DNA of 64,000 nt from a bacterium (GTDB taxonomy: Bacteria > Patescibacteriota > Patescibacteriia > UBA10025). The notes under the pieces were generated by a model that ran no database searches, was not told where the DNA came from, and worked only from the letters and a program-made list of their open reading frames with translations. Each line of letters begins with the position of its first letter. Positions within the stretch are counted from its first letter, which is position 1. Below, one piece after another: positions 60,633-64,000 of the stretch. The position numbers were made by a program, and so were the translations under genes. Location of the stretch: the NCBI GenBank assembly GCA_021815445.1, contig JAKAGM010000002.1:159511-223510 (forward strand), in the 5' to 3' direction.

Positions 60633-60930
60633 AAAAAAACCTACCGAACAGTTCAGCTCTGACAGCAAATCTATGGCCGCACTCTCCTATATTCCGGCCC
60701 TCAGCATTGTCATGCTTATTCTCAAGAAGAATGATCAGTTCGTGCAGTTTCACGCCCGTCAGGGTCTCGTACTATCGATTGCATTCCTAGTCATCATTAT
60801 TCCGGTCCTTGGCTGGTTTCTGGCCCTCGTCATCAGTATCGTGGATCTCATCGGATTCTTAAAAGCGCTTGCGGGAGAACGCTACTCAATGCCGTTAATC
60901 GGTCCTCTTGCCGAGAAAATCAAACTCTAA
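60625..60930 (+). CDS. DUF4870/Tic20-like membrane protein
   Basis: AALSY, FVQFHARQGL, KALAGE.Y..P.IG; SD AAAGGAGGTG. Confidence 0.8.
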   Translation: MDEKKPTEQFSSDSKSMAALSYIPALSIVMLILKKNDQFVQFHARQGLVLSIAFLVIIIPVLGWFLALVISIVDLIGFLKALAGERYSMPLIGPLAEKIKL

Positions 60931-61057
60931 TTTTACATTTTTTTCCACAAAACATGTCGCCGCCGCGCGTCTGATAACGGAGGAGGCGGTTTTGTGGCGT
61001 TTACCAGCTTTCTTTGTTATACTATAGCCGACGGATTGATTATCTATAACGTCTTTT

Positions 61058-63466
61058 ATGACTACAAAAAAGAGCTCGAAGTACATCCTCTGGTTTAATC
61101 AGATCGGGATCAAAGATGTTCCCATCGTCGGGGGAAAAAACGCCTCGCTCGGGGAGATGTACCGAAATTTAACTTCACAAGGCGTAAAAGTTCCCAACGG
61201 ATTCGCAATTACCGCGGGGGCCTATTTTTACCTGATTAAAGAGGCCGGTATCCGGGCGGCTATCCAGCAGATTCTCTCAACGCTCAACACAAAAGATATC
61301 CGCAATCTCCAGGCACGGGGCAAGAAAATCCGCGATCTTATCCTGAAGACCCAATTTCCCAAAGACCTCGAGGCAGCTATTCTAGAAAATTACCATAAAT
61401 TAGAAAAACAATACGGCAAGAATGTCGACGTCGCCGTCCGCTCGTCAGCCACAGCGGAAGACTTGCCCGACGCATCCTTTGCAGGTCAGCAGGAAACCTA
61501 TCTCAATATCCGCGGGACGCAGGCTTTGCTCGTCGCGTGCAGAAAATGTTTCGCGTCACTCTTCACCGACCGCGCGATCAGTTACCGCAAGGACAAACAC
61601 TTCGATCATTTCTCCATCGGACTCTCCATAGGTGTCCAAAAGATGATCAGATCCGACAAAGCCGCTTCGGGGGTCATGTTCTCCATAGATACGGAATCAG
61701 GCCACAAAGATATGGTCCTCATCAACGCGTCGTACGGTTTGGGCGAGAACATCGTACAGGGCGCCGTAAGTCCCGACGAATTCTATGTCCACAAACCTAC
61801 GCTCAAGAAAGGATTCAGACCTATTGTTTCGAAGACCCTCGGCACAAAGCGTATCAAGATGATCTATACGACTGGAGCTACGCCGACAAAGAATGTTGCT
61901 GTCAACGAGGTTGACCGTCACAGGTTTTGCATCACGGATAATGAGGTGCTGAAACTCGCACGCTGGGCGGCGATTGTCGAAGACCACTATTCGAAAGCTG
62001 CAGGGCATTACAAGCCCATGGACATGGAATGGGCGAAGGACGGCGAGAGCGGCGAACTCTACATGATCCAGGCACGGCCTGAGACCGTCGTTTCACGGCG
62101 CGACACGAGCGTCCTCGAACACTTTACCCTGCTCAAAAAAGGCAGAGTGCTTGTCATCGGATCTCCCGTGGGCGCGAAGATCGGGGTCGGCCGGGCGAAC
62201 ATCATCAAAGACGTTAAGCACATACTCAATTTCAAAAAAGGCGACGTGCTGGTTACGCACATGACGGATCCTGACTGGGAGCCAATCATGAAAATAGCAT
62301 CCGCTATAGTGACGAATGAGGGCGGGCGCACTTCTCACGCCGCTATTGTGAGCCGGGAGCTCGGCATACCCGCGATAGTCGGAGCTGAGCATGCCACGGA
62401 AAAAATTCCTCACGGGCAGACTATCACCGTGAGCTGTTCAGAGGGTGACGTCGGCCGCGTGTATGCGGGAAAGGTGCCTTTCCGGGTGAAACGCACAAGC
62501 TTGTCGACGCTGAAACGGCCCAAAAAGACCCAGATCAAGATGATTTTTGGCACGCCCGAGCTCGCCTACCAAACGTCGCAGATCCCGAATGACGGCGTCG
62601 GCCTGGCCCGTGAAGAGTTCATCATCAATTCATACATCAAGATTCATCCCATGGCGTTGGTAAGATATCCAAATTTGAAAGACAGAAGCGCCAAACGGCA
62701 GATTGACGCGCTGACTATCGGTTACAAGGACAAAAAGCAATACTATATCGACAAGCTTTCATCGGGTATCGCCACTATAGCGGCTGCGTTCTATCCGAAA
62801 GAAGTCATCGTCCGTCTCGCCGATTTCCGCACGAATGAATATGCAGAATTGATTGGGGGTAAAGAGTTCGAGCCTATAGAACGCAATCCGATGATAGGAT
62901 GGCGCGGCGCCTCGCGGTACTACGACCCCGCGTACCGGCCGGCATTCGACCTCGAGTGCAAGGCGATAAAACGCGTTCGCGACGTCATGGGCCTCACGAA
63001 CGTCAAAGTCATGATCCCGTTCTGCAGGACAGTCCAAGAGGGCACGAGCGTGATCCAAGTGATGGCGGAGAACGGGCTGAAACAGCACGTCAACGGCCTC
63101 GAGGTATACGTCATGTGCGAGATTCCGTCCAATGTCGTCCTTGCAGACAGGTTCTCAAAAATATTCGACGGTTTCTCAATAGGTTCCAATGACCTGACCC
63201 AGCTTACCCTCGGCCTCGATCGCGACTCAGGGGTGATCGCCCACATAGGCAATGAAAATAATGAGGCAGTCAAACGGCTGATCTCGCAGGTGATACGCAC
63301 GGCCAAGAAGTATAAACGGAAAATAGGCATCTGCGGACAAGCCCCGTCTGATTTTCCGGATTTCGCCGCTTTTCTCCTGAAAGAGGGGATCGATTCCATC
63401 TCGCTGAACCCCGACATCATTATCAAAACCACAATTGCCCTGGCGCAAGCGGAAAAAAGAGGTTAA
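61058..63466 (+). CDS. ppsA: Phosphoenolpyruvate synthase
   Basis: VGGKNASLGEM, AVRSSATAEDLPDASFAGQQET, GGRTSHAAIVSRE, FSIGSNDLTQL, GICGQAPSD. Confidence 0.98.
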   Translation: MTTKKSSKYILWFNQIGIKDVPIVGGKNASLGEMYRNLTSQGVKVPNGFAITAGAYFYLIKEAGIRAAIQQILSTLNTKDIRNLQARGKKIRDLILKTQFPKDLEAAILENYHKLEKQYGKNVDVAVRSSATAEDLPDASFAGQQETYLNIRGTQALLVACRKCFASLFTDRAISYRKDKHFDHFSIGLSIGVQKMIRSDKAASGVMFSIDTESGHKDMVLINASYGLGENIVQGAVSPDEFYVHKPTLKKGFRPIVSKTLGTKRIKMIYTTGATPTKNVAVNEVDRHRFCITDNEVLKLARWAAIVEDHYSKAAGHYKPMDMEWAKDGESGELYMIQARPETVVSRRDTSVLEHFTLLKKGRVLVIGSPVGAKIGVGRANIIKDVKHILNFKKGDVLVTHMTDPDWEPIMKIASAIVTNEGGRTSHAAIVSRELGIPAIVGAEHATEKIPHGQTITVSCSEGDVGRVYAGKVPFRVKRTSLSTLKRPKKTQIKMIFGTPELAYQTSQIPNDGVGLAREEFIINSYIKIHPMALVRYPNLKDRSAKRQIDALTIGYKDKKQYYIDKLSSGIATIAAAFYPKEVIVRLADFRTNEYAELIGGKEFEPIERNPMIGWRGASRYYDPAYRPAFDLECKAIKRVRDVMGLTNVKVMIPFCRTVQEGTSVIQVMAENGLKQHVNGLEVYVMCEIPSNVVLADRFSKIFDGFSIGSNDLTQLTLGLDRDSGVIAHIGNENNEAVKRLISQVIRTAKKYKRKIGICGQAPSDFPDFAAFLLKEGIDSISLNPDIIIKTTIALAQAEKRG

Positions 63467-63535
63467 GCACAGAAAATTTTCGTTCAGATTCCCTTGGCTC
63501 TTATCGGAGGGTTGAGGTGTGGTATACTGTCTCGT

Positions 63536-64000
63536 ATGAGGCGAAATCGCATCTCCATATTCACGACACTTATCCTGGCAGGCCTGATGGCCGCGAGCGC
63601 TGTGTTTGTTATTTCTGCGGCCCGCGCGGCAGCCCCGGCATATCTTGCGGGAGCACATCTTATCCGGCCTACACCCGGCGATGAGATAAGCGGGTCAGTG
63701 CCTTTTGAGGCTGACTTGGGCAGTTCATCTCCCGCGGAAACGGCGCATGTGGCGTTTACCCTCTACCGCATGTCAGGCGGCATCCCCGAAGAAGGACGCT
63801 ACTGTTTTCTTTCGCCCTCTCCGACAAAAATCTCAGGCACCACGCGCTGGTATTCGGCAAGCGTGAATACGACAAAAGTGACCGGCAGGTGTTCATCGTC
63901 GCTCGTGGGGTGGGGCACTGTGTATGCGCCTGAAGACGGTACCTACAGATTCGGCGCGTGGATTGACGGTACGGAATACGCGACCTACGACAATGTTGTC
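63536..64000 (+). CDS. Secreted protein (3' partial), not in ORF track
   Basis: MRRNRISIFTTLILAGLMAASAVFVISAARA signal peptide; the frame appears open to the window end; TATACT 7 nt upstream. Confidence 0.7.
   Translation, partial: MRRNRISIFTTLILAGLMAASAVFVISAARAAAPAYLAGAHLIRPTPGDEISGSVPFEADLGSSSPAETAHVAFTLYRMSGGIPEEGRYCFLSPSPTKISGTTRWYSASVNTTKVTGRCSSSLVGWGTVYAPEDGTYRFGAWIDGTEYATYDNVV

Overview
This 64-kb window is chromosomal bacterial DNA. It is most consistent with a Patescibacteria/CPR (Parcubacteria-like) genome; that is an inference from gene content, SD-less or leaderless core genes, the RpsF C-terminal extension, the non-PGKG EF-P and CPR-style surface proteins. The backbone is housekeeping: murE (partial), rpoBC, ftsK, a RodZ-like gene, recA, murI, gpmI, PMM/PGM, glyA-folD, ychF, rpsF-ssb-rpsR-efp, trpS, rnj, tRNA-Leu(CAG), a peptide ABC binding protein, secG, uvrC, uvrA, groES/EL with a perfect CIRCE, and ppsA. 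No rRNA, CRISPR, integrase, transposase or reverse transcriptase was seen. Three things stand out. (1) An Elp3 radical-SAM/KAT gene and a Trm9/ALKBH8-like methyltransferase sit head-to-head with start codons overlapping in one CATG palindrome, a candidate two-step eukaryote/archaea-type mcm5U34 tRNA pathway; a Trm11-like enzyme lies nearby. (2) About ten monocistronic promoter + strong SD + gene + terminator units carry unrelated cargo (PlsX, M24 peptidase, STAS, degenerate UbiA, orphans); several share homologous promoters, leaders or terminators, and many sit among nested REP-like palindromes. (3) A ~375-nt transcript-like unit is packed with SD motifs, including an 11-nt match to the 16S 3' end. 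Also found: small ORFs missing from the ORF track, a CCC-TAA +1 frameshift candidate and frequent leaderless gene architecture. All assignments are from motif recognition by eye; no searches were run.
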